DNA of 64,000 bases from the NCBI GenBank assembly GCA_001949185.1, contig BDGG01000004.1:3107267-3171266 (forward strand), given 5' to 3'. A model generated the notes under the pieces. That model had not been told where the DNA came from, searched no databases, and worked only from the letters and a program-made list of their open reading frames with translations. Position numbers and translations under genes: made by a program. Shown piece after piece: positions 13,408-26,373 of the stretch. The stretch comes from Ramazzottius varieornatus (Eukaryota; Animalia; Tardigrada). Every line of letters starts with the position of its first letter. Positions within the stretch are counted from its first letter, which is position 1.

Positions 13408-14115
13408 TTTCGGTCCGACCATTGTCCAGCGATGCTGAGCAGGGTACCACGTATTAATTTACAAGCTATAGCGTTTGTTCCCGCTCGGGGTTCACAATCC
13501 TAAGGCCATGGTTATTTCGGATTCAGTTAATTTCTGTCCTGTCATCAAGAGTTGTGATCCCATCTCTCGTTTACACACCGTTTCAGCTTCATTTCACTAC
13601 ACCATTCATGCAAGGGTCTCAGCTGCAAGCTTTTTTTAAGTTCTTTGTACACTATTTGAATATTGATATCAGAGAAATTATCCCGAGGCCGAAGACTGGC
13701 TAGTTCGTCTGCAGGCGCCCTGATACTTCCGTCTAGCCTGGACATGACTGGGAAACGATAGACCGATAAAACGGAACGTCGGCCAATGACTGGAACATAA
13801 TTCGTTTTCCCAATTGGTGAACGTACTCATCCAAAAACAACGAAAACGTTCGCCACTTGAGATGACGATCATGTTCAGTTCATTTGCCGACATTCCAAAT
13901 GCAGAAGGGACAATCACCTGCAGATGAAGCTTTACGACCCAGTCGTTAAGAGTCGGAAAAGTTTCTTAATTACGCTGCGGAAGTCATATCGTCAAGAAAT
14001 TCACGTTCCGTAGTGCTTAAAACACAAACCATGATGGAAACAAGGTCCGAGTGAATGCTCTGATAAACTTGACACACGCACAGAACCTCTTACGAGATGA
14101 CAGCATATTAGAAAT

Positions 14116-14693
14116 CTAAGCTCGAGGCCTTTCCTTCTTTCCTTTGAACAGAGCCAGCAGGGAAACGTTAGCGACTTTGACGACTTTGAAACGGACACCT
14201 GGAATATCACCCACGGCGTGACCCTTTCGGCCGAATCCAGCAACCAAAACTTCGTCGTTTTCCTGCAGGCAACGACATATACTTAACTGCTCCTTATCAA
14301 ACCACCCATACACCGGCCGGTCGGGATGATGTCTTACCTCAATAAAGTTCAAGCAACCATCGTTAGGAACGAAAGCTGTGACTTTCTTGCCGTTCTTGAT
14401 TAATTGAACACGCACACATTTTCGAATGGCAGAGTTCGGCTGTTTGGCTTCTACACCACTGCAAAATACGGAAATCCTTATAGCTATAGGATGCAGGCTA
14501 TATAACAGACTAGCTGGAACAGCTCTTACACTTTTTCCAGGACGATTCCTTTAGCGTGAGATGCTCCAGCGAAGGGATTGGCCTTCCACCGTGTTCCCAG
14601 ATGTGCCTTCTTGTAGTCTTTGTCGGCCCACACTTGGAGTCTCCTGTTTGTCCTGTGCTTGCGTGCAGTCCGAATTCCGTGAGGCTTTCCCAT
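14116..14693 (-). CDS. RPS23: 40S ribosomal protein S23 (uS12), 3 exons
   Basis: [13 protein letters not shown]...[19 protein letters not shown]|[40 protein letters not shown]|[48 protein letters not shown]. Confidence 0.98.
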
Positions 14694-14717
14694 TGTGACG
14701 GATGATCCAAAGTCCAC

Positions 14718-14745
14718 AAAGAAAAGGAAGATCTGGAAGAAAACG
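14718..14745 (-). promoter_or_regulatory. Polypyrimidine tract (TCT initiator / 5'TOP-like) upstream of RPS23
   Basis: The minus strand reads TTTTCTTCCAGATCTTCCTTTTCTTT about 25-50 nt before the RPS23 ATG, typical of ribosomal protein gene TSSs. It could alternatively be a splice acceptor. Confidence 0.45.
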
Positions 14746-15365
14746 CGTACGATCGCAACTTGGACTGAAAATGGCTGGATGGGTTCTTGGTCCATGCGGC
14801 TGCGGCATCAGCAGGCAGTGCGGCATATCGCTCAAACTGCACAAGAAAGCGTCCTGTGGTAAAGCTGCATCAGTTTTACACTTCTAACAGAGTGTCACCC
14901 TTGATTGACCGATCGTGAGTATGCAGGTGCGAATATGCGCACATGAAAATGTTTTGCGTCAGCGGAATCTGTACGTACGTCGCGGTGGACGTATGACAGT
15001 AAGAGTACGATGCCACATCGATGGAAGTCACATTTCACAAAATTTCTTGAATCCGCATCGATCTTTCCTCGACACCTTCAGCTCGAAGTCTCGAACGAGA
15101 CGGATCGCGAGAACATCAGGAGACCCTTGCGTCTGGAACAGTCCTGGAGCCAGCCGTATCCATCGAAAAAGTTCGGCGTCGGCGCAGGACGGAGATTGGC
15201 GACGTGTCATTGGAGTTTATTCCAGATTGATCATCGCGTTATGTCTGGTTGATCGTCAAGTTCACTCCATCCCTCAACCCATCACTCTAACTTGGAACAG
15301 GACGCGTTGTGTTGCGGATACAGAATCCTCCTAACGAAAAAGGGGTCGTTTAGAGCGAAGGCACG

Positions 15366-18300
15366 ATGGCAAGCTCCGAAGCGCCGTGTTTTACTCTCAT
15401 CACCTATCCTGCTGACACAGATGCCCCCACGGAGCAGCAGCTAAAGTCAGATCTCGGCAAGTTACTTTACCTTTGTTCGTGATCTATGGAATTACTGATG
15501 TTTATGTGGTATGGTGTTCCAGAGAAGGGCGACAACAAGCAGAAGACCGAAGCTTTGGAGAAGATCATCAGGTTAATGCTAAGTGGGGAGAAGTTTCCGA
15601 ATATACTGATGACAATCATCCGGTTCGTACTTCCTTCACAAGACCACACCATCAAGAAACTCTTACTTCTCTTCTGGGAGATTGTTCCAAAGACACATCC
15701 AGATGGGAAACTGTTACATGAGATGATCCTTGTATGCGACGCATATCGAAAGGTACGAAAGTCATTCGGTGCTTTAGGTCTTTAACGTTGTACTGTATAA
15801 GTATGAGCTCTTTAACCGGAAGCTGATCTTTCGTATATTTTGTATGAGACGGAGTAACATGTCTTCGGTCTTTACAGGATCTACAACACCCGAATGAGTT
15901 CATAAGAGGCTCAACGCTGAGATTTCTGTGTAAGCTGAAGGAGGCAGAGCTTTTGGAACCTCTCATGCCGGCCATCAGGGCGTGCTTGGATCACAGACAT
16001 GCCTATGTCCGAAGGAATGCTATCCACGCAATTTTCACGATCTACAAGTGAGTTAGTGAGCCGCCGAGCCCGTATCATTGCCTCCCGATCGGTTTTTCCA
16101 GTTTGGTAGTCTTGTGTATAATAAACGCGAGACCGTTAAATGTTGACTCGAGTTGCGTTTTGACTATAGGAATTTCGACTTTCTCATTCCGGACGCGCCA
16201 GAGTTGATTGGAAATCACCTGGATGGAGAGCAAGATATGTCGTGCAAGAGGAACGCTTTTGTGATGCTGATACAAGCTGATCAAGACCGAGCCCTGAATT
16301 ACCTTAGCAGCTGCATAGATCAAGTTCCCGCGTTTGGAGATATTCTTCAGCTTGTAATAGTAGAACTCATCTACAAGGTATGAGAGCTCCTCAGATAATA
16401 ATCGGAACGGTACTCAATAACGGTTTCCGTATTTTATAGGTCTGCTTGTCGAACGCGATGGAGAGAGCTCGCTTTATCCGGTGTATATATAATTTGTTGA
16501 ACTCGAATAGCTCCGCCGTCAGACTGGAAGCTGCCAGTACGCTCCTCACACTATCTAATGCGCCGTCTGCCGTCAAAGTAAGTGTTCCAGGTTGCTCATT
16601 CTTCTCCATGATTCGTTTTCTTTCAAAACATGGTTCAGAGTTGGTTTATGATTTAGGCTGCGGCTGTTTGCTACATCGACATCATCGTCAAGGAGAGTGA
16701 TAACAACGTGAAGCTGATCGTTCTGGACCGGCTGATAAACTTGAAGGAGAATGCCATGAACAACGAGAAAGTCCTTCAGGTTTGTGAGAAAGAACTTCCG
16801 TATTGGCAGGTGCATCCAGTGCATGCTGCCCTGAATCACGAGGTATTTCAAACAGGAACTGGTGATGGACATGATGCGCGTACTAGCTTCACCGGATTTG
16901 GAAGTCCGTCGGAAAACACTGGAGCTAGTTCTGGACCTGGTGTCCTCCCGGAACGTGGACGAGGTATATTGTGAATGTGGAACCAGTTCTTACCGAATTG
17001 CTACTAATAGTCTATATCTTGCTGTTCCGCAGATGATTTTGATTTTGAAGAAGGAAGTGCAGAAAACGAACAACGTAGTCGAACAGGAAGACAACGAAAA
17101 GTACCGTCAGCTCCTGGTCAGGACCCTTCATTCGTGCTGCATGAAGTTCCCTGACGTCTGCGGAAACGTTATTCCCATGGTAAGATCGTGTAATTCGTGT
17201 TGGAAAGTTAATGAGCGGATACCAGGAAGGGAATATTAGCGTATGCTTAGCCTGTGTTCTGTACTCCAGCTCACGGAATTCCTTGGCGATATTCAGTCGG
17301 ACGTTGCCGCCATCGACGTCCTGTTTTTCCTTCGCGAAGTCGTTCAGCGATATCCCAAGCTGCAGGGTGTCGCTATTGCCAATCTTTTGGAAGTACTTCC
17401 GGCAATCAAGTCGTCATCGTGAGTGTTGGCCTTGCTCGAGAATTGACATAGCTCTGACTAACGCGATGACTTTCAGGACTATGCGTGGAGCCTTCTGGAT
17501 TCTTGGTGAGTACTGCAACAACAAAGACGATATCCAGAACACCATGAATGGAATAAGGCAGAGTCTTGGCCAGGTAGGTGTTCAGCTGATGTATTCTTGA
17601 TTGATTCGTGTTCCAGCTTTGCGGTTTCTGTAGTTGCCGATAGTTGAAGACGAACTAAGCAAGCAAAACGCCGAGGAGAACCCAGTCGATGACCAAATGA
17701 CTCAGAAAATCCAGAAACTGGTCACAGCCGATGGAACTTACGCAACCCAGAGTGCTTTGACAACCCAGACCAAGGGCAAAAAGGACGAAGAACTGAAACG
17801 GTACAGCATGTCCAGTTTCACTTTTAATAGTACTTGATGCGTCACTCATGGTTTTTTCTCCGCAGGCCGCCCCTGCGAAAACTTCTGATGAACGGAGACT
17901 TCTTCCTTGGGGCCGCCGTATCTTCCGTGTTAGCGAAGCTGGCGCTTCGGTTCTCAGCCTGTGTGCCTGACGCAACTAAGGTCAACGTAAGTGCTGCCGT
18001 ATGTGCTTTGTTCCCTATTTGAACGTACGGTACTGAGCTTGATGTTTCTCAACGTAGTCGTTTGTCGCGGAAGCTATGTTTGTGATGGCTTCCATCATCC
18101 ATCTTGGAAAGTCCGGTTTACCAAAGCGCGTAAGTTTCGCAGTGACGAATCTGAACCCGATTTGATCAGTGGAACTACGAGATGCACAATTCTCTTTTTA
18201 GCCAATGACGGATGATGACCTGGACCGCATTTCGCTTTGTCTCAAAGTACTCACGGACAGCTCGCCCGTATTACACAGAATTTTCGAAGAAAACTGTCGG

Positions 18301-19886
18301 CACTCACTTTCAGTCCTGCTGTCAGGGAAAATGAAGGAAGAGAAGGAATACGAGGTAGCAAAGTGAACTTTCTTGTTGTAGCTTGAAGTAGAAGTTGCGC
18401 TAGCCATTTGGTTTTGCAGCGAAAGACTCGGAAGTTGGTACAGAGCGTCCAAGCCGACGATCCGCTGTCCTTTTCACATTTGTCGGACCGCAGCGACCTG
18501 TCCACTTCTGAGGTATGTCGGACTCAGATTTCCTCTTGGGGTAAGATGTGAGCTTTATGTTTATGCCTTGACCATAGGACGTCTTCGAAGTCAGTTTATC
18601 TCAGGCCGTCGGCCATGGAGGGAAGAAAGACACGTACGACTTAGCGTCGTCCAAACTCAACAAGGTTATTTATTGCGGACCTCTGGCTTCTATACCTGCC
18701 GTGTGTTTGGATGCCAGAACAGTAGGCGAAGGTAAAACCTATTGCGTTTTTCAGGTTGCGCAGTTGACTGGGTTCTCCGATCCCATCTACGCGGAAGCCT
18801 ACGTTCACGTGAACCAGTTCGATATCCTACTCGATCTGCTAGTAGTGAACCAAACTGACGATACACTCCAGAACGTAACACTAGAGCTGGCGACTTTAGG
18901 TAAAGTTGCAATATCATTCTACAGTACAGCCATTCGATGACAATAAAGTTAAGGCGAAAGTTAAGTTGTAAAAGGTGATCTTATTCGCATATTTTGAGTA
19001 GGGGATCTGAAGCTTGTTGAGAAACCAAGTCCAGTAACGATGGCTCCCCACGACTTCGCTAGCATCAAAGCCAGCGTGAAGGTGACGTCGACGGAAAACG
19101 GGGTTATTTTTGGTAGCATTGGTAAGTTTGTCTAAAGCATTTGAATTCCTCTGACGGCCACATTCGAAGTTTTCTTCAGTGTTATTTATATTACAGTCTA
19201 TGACCTGAAAAGTGGAGTGAGTGACAGAAACGTGGTCTACTTGAGTAATATACAAGTGGACATCATGGACTACATAATCCCCGCCAGCTGCACTGACATT
19301 GAGTTCCGACAAATGTGGGCCGAATTCGAGTGGGAAAACAAAGTATGGAATTACCACGAATGACTAGCGAAAGTTTTTAGACGTTTCATTCGATCTTTCC
19401 TTTTCAGGTGGCAGTGAACTCGAACATGTCTGATCTTCGCGCGTTCTTGAACTACTTGATTAAATCCACGAACATGAAATGCCTAACTGCGGACAAGGTT
19501 CGCCAGTTTCTTCCAGAAGACAAATTAGACTAGTATAATAACTATAATTATACTGTCTTTGTAGGCGTTGACGGGAGACTGTGGGTTCCTGGCAGCGAAC
19601 CTGTATGCGAAGTCCATTTTCGGTGAAGACGCTCTGGCGAACGTCAGCTTGGAGAGGTCCTTGGATGCAAGCGGCGTTGGTTCTGCCATAACGGGCAACG
19701 TTCGGATTCGTGCCAAGAGCCAGGTGAGTCCTTTAGCTTTTACATTATCTCCGGTGAAGTTTGGACCTAACCGAGCTGTATAAATTAAAGGGGATGGCTT
19801 TGAGCATGGGAGAAAAGATTACCTCTGCGCAGAAAGGCAGTGGTGCAAAAGAGAGTAAGCCCCGTCCGGAAGAAAAGGAGCCTTAA
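15366..19886 (+). CDS. COPB1: Coatomer subunit beta, ~20 exons, first intron GC-AG
   Basis: [12 protein letters not shown]...KSDLEKGD...[26 protein letters not shown]...[31 protein letters not shown]...[22 protein letters not shown]...[21 protein letters not shown]...[18 protein letters not shown]. Confidence 0.98.
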
Positions 19887-20904
19887 TCTATTTCACAAAA
19901 TATTCCACTTTATCCCTTCGTTCCACAGCATGTTTTTTAGCCTGACACTAGCGTTATTCACATATTCTCATGCAACGAGGAATAGTTTCCATTCGCGGCT
20001 TGGAGAAGCAACCTTTTTTTTAATTGGGTCCTGGTATGTCACTGTGGTCACTTTTAGCTAGCTTGTCTTCATCGATGCGCGTCGCCGATGACTCTGACGA
20101 GCTACACCTCAACTATGGGTTGTGACCCGTACCCTTGAACGATCGATGGGTGAAAGATGTAGATTTGTTTTGAGAAGATGGGCATGCCGTTGAACAACAA
20201 ACAACCGACGCAAAATACTGTACATTGATCTACACAGGCAATCGGCAATGTTTGTGCCTCGAGAGGGTGCACAGTGTTTGAAAATATTGTGATTAATCCC
20301 CACGCAAGTGTCTCGTTGACAGGAGGATGTCGCTGTCGCTTAGAGCGCACATCAAATGATGTGGTCAGTTTACAATATGCAACCATGCAGCAAATGATCC
20401 AGGCTGAAAGAAATGTCCACTTGTCACTGTCAGGACAGTGTATCGGAATTCTAAGTTATTCAGTGGACTGGCAATAACGACGTTAGGGGTCATGGTGGCC
20501 ATGATCGGGCATTGCATCAGAAAAGCAGACTTCAATATCAGTCGTTCGCATCCCACTTCCGCCTTTGGGAGGAAGCCAACAAACGTTGCCCGGTAGCAGG
20601 ACAAGTGTAGTGTGCGTCGCCGACTGTGGTGAGAACCAGGAGCATGTTCTATTTAATGGGGACTTCATTTTCACGTTTTATGTCGGACTCCGTGTGGAAC
20701 AGTTAAGCCCAAAACAAAAGTCAAATCAGTTTTCATGCAGGAAATTTCGATAGAATAATGTTGAATCTTAGGTCAATGATATAATCGTACGGCTTATGAT
20801 TGGGCGACTGAGCAGTTTTGGCAGTTCTCGCTAGAAATTTGTGTATTTACCATCGAAGGAAACACGGGGCTTTTTTGGACAGAAAAATGAAAAATAAACG
20901 AGCT

Positions 20905-23900
20905 CTATAATATAGCGCACTTGGATTTCTTCTTGCGGACTTTCTCGTCGTGAAGAGCTGGGCGTTCTGCAGCGTGAAACCTCCTGTGGACGGCGTGGGT
21001 GGAAAAAGTTAGAGACTTTCAAAGAACTTTCCAACAACTAACAAATAAGATGGATGAGACAAACTTACCGCACGGTCCTTACGAGTTCGTGAAAGGCTAA
21101 ATCAACGTTCAGTTTGAGTTTGGCACTGCATTCGAGGTAGGGTATTTTAAGCTGTCTGGCTAGTTCGGAAGCTTCGTCGTGCGCGACGACTCGCTGCTGT
21201 TCAAGATCCACTTTGTTTCCAACCAGCAGCATGGGGAACTCATCTCTGTCCTTCACTCTCAAAATCTGCTTGTGAAATTTGTATATTTCATCGAAACTAC
21301 AACAGAATACATCATTTCAAGTCAGATTTGTACGTATAAGGAGAACCTTTCTGAAAACGACGGTACCTTGTGCGGTCCACTACTGAAAATGCCAGGAGGA
21401 ACCCTTCTCCGTTCCGCATATACTGTTCGCGCATGGCCGAGAACTCTTCTTGGCCGGCTGTGTCCAGGACTAGATTATCAAAAATTGTAAATGGAAACAC
21501 AAAATGACCACTGAAAAAACGGACAAAATTGGAAAATCGGGGTTCTTACTTTCCAGTTTGGCGACGACATCGTCTATAACGCACTGTCTAAAAAGAAACA
21601 TGGATGAACGAACGGTTAATAGGATCTCCGGGGTGATCTCATTCCATAAAACCAACAAACCATGAGAAATGCCGACCATTAAAGGCCCAACTTACTTCGA
21701 ATAAAAGTCCTCAATTGTCGGGTCGTAAGAATCCACGAAGTAGCTCTGCAAATAAACGACTGTTAGTTTATTCAAACCAGCTGGGAAGCCTGGGATGATG
21801 GATGTTTCAGGTCTGCGTATTCCTTATAAAGTGTCGGAAGGAACCATGCCAGAGTAGAGTGAGACTGTTACTGTGATCGCGGAGAGCTACACGGAAGTAA
21901 CCATCGTATCTTCCGGTTACTGTCCTGCCGGGATTTCATAGCGCTAACGTGCTCATATTGCATAATCCGTCATGCAATAATATCGATTCTGTCCTTCAGA
22001 CTGTTACAGTTTAGCGCGCTCCTATTCTCTCGATCCGCGATCCACAGCGCAAGAAGGAACCACAGGACACCTTTGACTATCTGCTTCGGGCCATTACCAG
22101 CTTGACAGCTACTTCCTCTTCCCTGCTATATTACACAACAGGAGGACTCGACATGCTCTCCAGACACTGGTCGATCCCCCCTAAATTAAATAGGTTGGGA
22201 CCCTACCGACCATGCTTTTACGGCGGAATGCGCAACCGAACAAAATACCGAACAGAATACTCGTACATATTCTGGGCATAGCGATAGGACAAGCAGGGAC
22301 AGAGAGGATCTGCTCTTGGGGAAGGACCGCGTGAACTGCGATGCCGACTGCGGGCGACAGGTCTCTCACTCGCGTGAGGAGTATACTGGGACGTCTGTGA
22401 TATGCGATCAAGCACTAAATCTTTCGTACTTCCGGGCACTCGCGATGGAGTAAATTCTTGCTTGCTGCAACATTGATGGAGACCACGTGTGAACCACTTG
22501 ACCTACTATCCCCGCATAAATAACGAAAGTTTGTTGATACAGGAAAACATAGTAGGTCATACGCAATTCGTCAAACTTGCTTCAGCTCATCGAGCAGTTC
22601 TTCGTCGCCTGACTTTTCACCAGTCTTCACTAAATCTTCATCTGAAAGTTTCCAAACACTCATTTCAAGGGCGGGGTTCCAAAATACACGTTCTGGCGGT
22701 AGCGTTCGCTTATAAACCGAATCTGAAATTCAGAAGATCCTGTCGAAGATGCTTTCTTCGCTTCCGGCTGACAAATCAGAATTCTGCGAATGTATCAGAG
22801 CGTGCGTAAAACAGTTCTCCACATAAAGATAATTTTTCAATCTCGACGCACGTCGATCAGTCTGCATGACAATCCACCGTTGACCGGGAGCCTCAGATCT
22901 GAGGCATCGGCTGTTCAGCCGACATCTTGATTTATAATCAGGTGCGACTCGCGGTTTAGACTCGTTTATAATTATTGCTTTTCTGTAAGTTTACGTGTCA
23001 TCGCTGCGGATATCTCATTATGCAGGTGCCATGGTCAATTACTTTTGAAGTCATGTTTCCAGTTCACCATACCTCACTTCTCTCACACGCTCGCGCGGAG
23101 ACCTTCTACGGGTCGCTTGATTTCGGACAAAAAGCATCATAAAATATTGTAATAAAATAGTACAGCTAAATGCCAAGGTGTGAAACTCCCAATGCATCCT
23201 TTCCCTTCCGGAATGCTTTGATTGACGTTGTCCCAGCCGAAATCAAAGACTGTTCGGGGAACCCATGGATTGTTTTTTTCTCCAGTCCATCGTGAACTTC
23301 CTGGTCCCTGTCAAAAATTTCGTTTGCATACCTCCGATTCCTAACAGTGTCCTTCTTTTACGATGCCCCGTCATACTGGGCAACAGGTTCAGTAATAAAT
23401 CATGTTCTCAACTGGCCCAAAACAGTTGCTTGTCACGGAAACGCTTTGTCTGATCAAAATGATATAGCTCAGTCTAATAGTGTAGGATTATGAGCTAATC
23501 CAAAACGACCAAAGAGTTTCTGTGCGGCATGTAGCCTGACTGACCTCGTTAAGAAATAACCCCATATGGAAATTATTGACATAAGCACAACAGCTCTAGT
23601 CGCTCGACTAAGTGCTCCACCCGCCTAACACCTCGTTTATAGCATACCCCCGAAACTACACAACGTTTCTCCGTAGGCTCAAAAGTCATTTGTGAGCTAC
23701 ACCATGTTTGTTCCGTTTCATCTCCCCGCTCGACGGAAAACCTGTCACTGTATCTGCTCTTTTTCTATAGCTAGGTGAACAGGGAGCACAGTAACTATGT
23801 TCTGCAGGGCCCGCATTTGCAAAACTCGTAAAAACTTTTCCCTTGGTCCTTCGTTTACTAGTTTGGGTGCGCACGTCTCTCGTCGTAACAGAAACTCTTG

Positions 23901-24486
23901 GGAAAAGATTACGTGAAAAAAGAAATAGGTAAAATACACGAAGGGCTCTTGCCTAATTCGAGCCGCTATACAGAGAAGGAATCAGCGAGTCCCACCGGGG
24001 TACCTTTTGCGCTTTAGATGACGTCAACATTTTCATGGAATGGCCTCATGTCAATACGCCATAAAACCGAAAAGCTCTCTGAAAGTAAGCTACGCACCGA
24101 CCTACACTTTACCCGCTCGAGCTCAGCTTACCTGAATGAACTGTATCGTCAGAGCACTCCTGAAATGGCAAACACAAAAGATCAGGTACGCCACAAACAG
24201 ATAATGTATCACGGGCACGCTATGGAGCTCGATAGCGAACTCTGGCGCCGCGGTGACGGGAAACACATGGTCAGAAAATAGATAACGGTGCGCGTACTTT
24301 CCCACTCCGCCACTCCCCACAACGACCAGTTTGTAAGTCTGTAAACAATATGAATTAGCATGAAAATAGCACATGAGTCTTCTCACCTTCCGGCGTTTGA
24401 AATAAAGAGCAACAAAAAGAGGGCCTGCAGCATATTCATCGACCTACCTGTCCTTGACTTTGCATGTGGTAACGGCTGTCGCCCAT
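20905..24486 (-). CDS. RRAS2: Ras-family small GTPase, R-Ras2/TC21 (Ras64B-like), 8 exons with a ~2.4 kb intron
   Basis: [14 protein letters not shown]|SALTIQFIQ|[17 protein letters not shown]|QCVIDD...[18 protein letters not shown]...[21 protein letters not shown]...ECSAK...KKKSKCAIL* (polybasic region plus CAAX box). Confidence 0.9.
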
Positions 24487-25924
24487 AGCGCCGTTGGCAG
24501 GAATATTGTATTCAACACAGTATGGTGCAACACGAGACGATCGGTCGAGAAAACAAAACTGGATGGGCTAGTTATTTTTTCCTCCAAGTTTCACGCGATA
24601 TATTTATGCGAATGATTCGAGAGCCTGGATAAAGTTCCGCTTCAGGACGTCGGCAAGCATGCATCGCGTCTGCACGCTATATTTTTTCATAAGGGTTGAC
24701 GGTGGTCGAGCTGGAAAGCCCGAAAAATGCAGCGCATAGTAAGTTGTCCATGCATATCATTCACTGTTAATCCGTTCAGTAATTGTTGCCCTGTGGATAT
24801 TCCGCCCAAGTCGTTGGGGTAAACAAATTATACGCGCGATAAAATATTCAAAGGTAAATATCGGTTGAATTTGCAAATTTTTAACCGCATGTACGGACAT
24901 GGAAGCCAAATGAATCCAATATTTTCAGAATGGTAAGGAAGAACTGCCGCCACTGGATATTACATGCGCATGCCGAAGAGCGACGACGGACGTGAAGATG
25001 CTGCTGATATCTTCCACCCTCAGTCTGCAAATGTAGTCTCCGCTTGAAATATGAATCTCCACTTTAAAAGAGCAGGCGTCAATGAGGCCGAGTAAGAAAT
25101 GGCCCTGACAAGAGAAACTGTACAGTCAAATGCCTTTCCAAAAACAAGTCTTACTGGTTCCGTACGACTTCACCTAAAAGCCTGCATCAGGCAAAGCCGG
25201 CAGGACTAGCTGCTCATGCTCAACTTCCATAGAGGCAATTTTCCCATCCGGACTGGTACGATTCACTGGTTTACAATCGTACACACACGATTGCAAGTCA
25301 AGTCGTTGCAGCGCTTATTGAGAGCTGCTGTTCTCGGGCCACATATCACGTTCCCCACTGTGGTGGTGGTGAGGCCTCGCGACAGCAAAACATACAGTGC
25401 AACTCGGCAAAATCATAAGCCCAGTACGGATTAACGCGACGCTGGAAAGCGAGCTGCGCGGCGGAAAAAGTCCTCTTGATCACTTCTTGACTCCTCCTTG
25501 CACATTCCACTGCACCATAAAACCGGTAGCAGCACTTCCACTTCGCGCCGCGTCGCAATGAGGAATGTCTCGACGTCCTTATCACACCCAAGATAACGGT
25601 TTTGAATGTCGCACATCAACCACAGTTACTCCAATCGTCAGAAGCCAGCAACCGTTTTTTGCGACAATAAAAAAAAGTTACTTTGGAGTTGTTGTCGCTG
25701 AATACCTCAAAGGTTCCTGGTTCCACCACAACGAAGAACTCTGCCTAAAGTGGCGCCATCTGTCTAATTCGAGGCAATCAAATGCGTGTTTGAATCAGTC
25801 GACAAAACTGTTCCGTTGATTGGATTGAGCTCATTGATTAGGCATCCATCCGTTGATTAACTTCATTTCATAGCATGATAGCAATTTCGTTCATCGACTT
25901 CCGGTGGGAATTCGGATTTTTCGG

Positions 25925-26246
25925 AGCCCAGGTGCAGTGGTCTCATTCACAGCACTGTAAAGATTTACAGCAACACGCCCCTTGGTTTTAACTGGTGAGT
26001 GTGTATCATGATGCCACGCCTATTTCCGAGGTGATTCCTGTTNNNNNNNNNNNNNNNNNNNNNNNNNNNNNNNNNNNNNNNNNNNNNNNNNNTTCGGCCA
26101 ATCAGGCAATCAACTCACTGCTGTGATCCGGACAGGAATCACATCGAAATAGGCGTGGCATCATGATACACACTCACCAGTTAAAACCAAGGGGCGTGTT
26201 GCTGTAGATCTTAACAGTGCTGTGAATGAGACCACTACACCAGGCT
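25925..26246. mobile_element. Foldback/MITE-like element with ~115 bp inverted arms spanning an assembly gap
   Basis: 25925-26041 is the reverse complement of ~26132-26246 with a handful of mismatches; 50 N at 26043-26092. Confidence 0.7.
26043..26092. other. Assembly gap (50 N)
   Basis: Run of n in the sequence. Confidence 1.
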
Positions 26247-26373
26247 GTACAGTTTCGCAGTGCAAGATCGCTCCTGGGTATCCAGATTCGGGAGTCTCCT
26301 TGTTTCTGCCAACTTCAGATAGCTTAAACTGTGCAAGTCGCTACCTCTTCTAAGCATATTCCATCGACATCCC

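Noticed and set aside
13545-13917. Short minus-strand ORFs between CDC37 and RPS23
   Set aside because: No recognisable product; probably 3'UTR or intergenic sequence.
14263-14337. Stop-free in-frame introns (RPS23 intron 2, FLYWCH, MYPT1) as regulated intron retention
   Set aside because: Expected by chance for some 60-95 nt introns, and retention would disrupt conserved folds.
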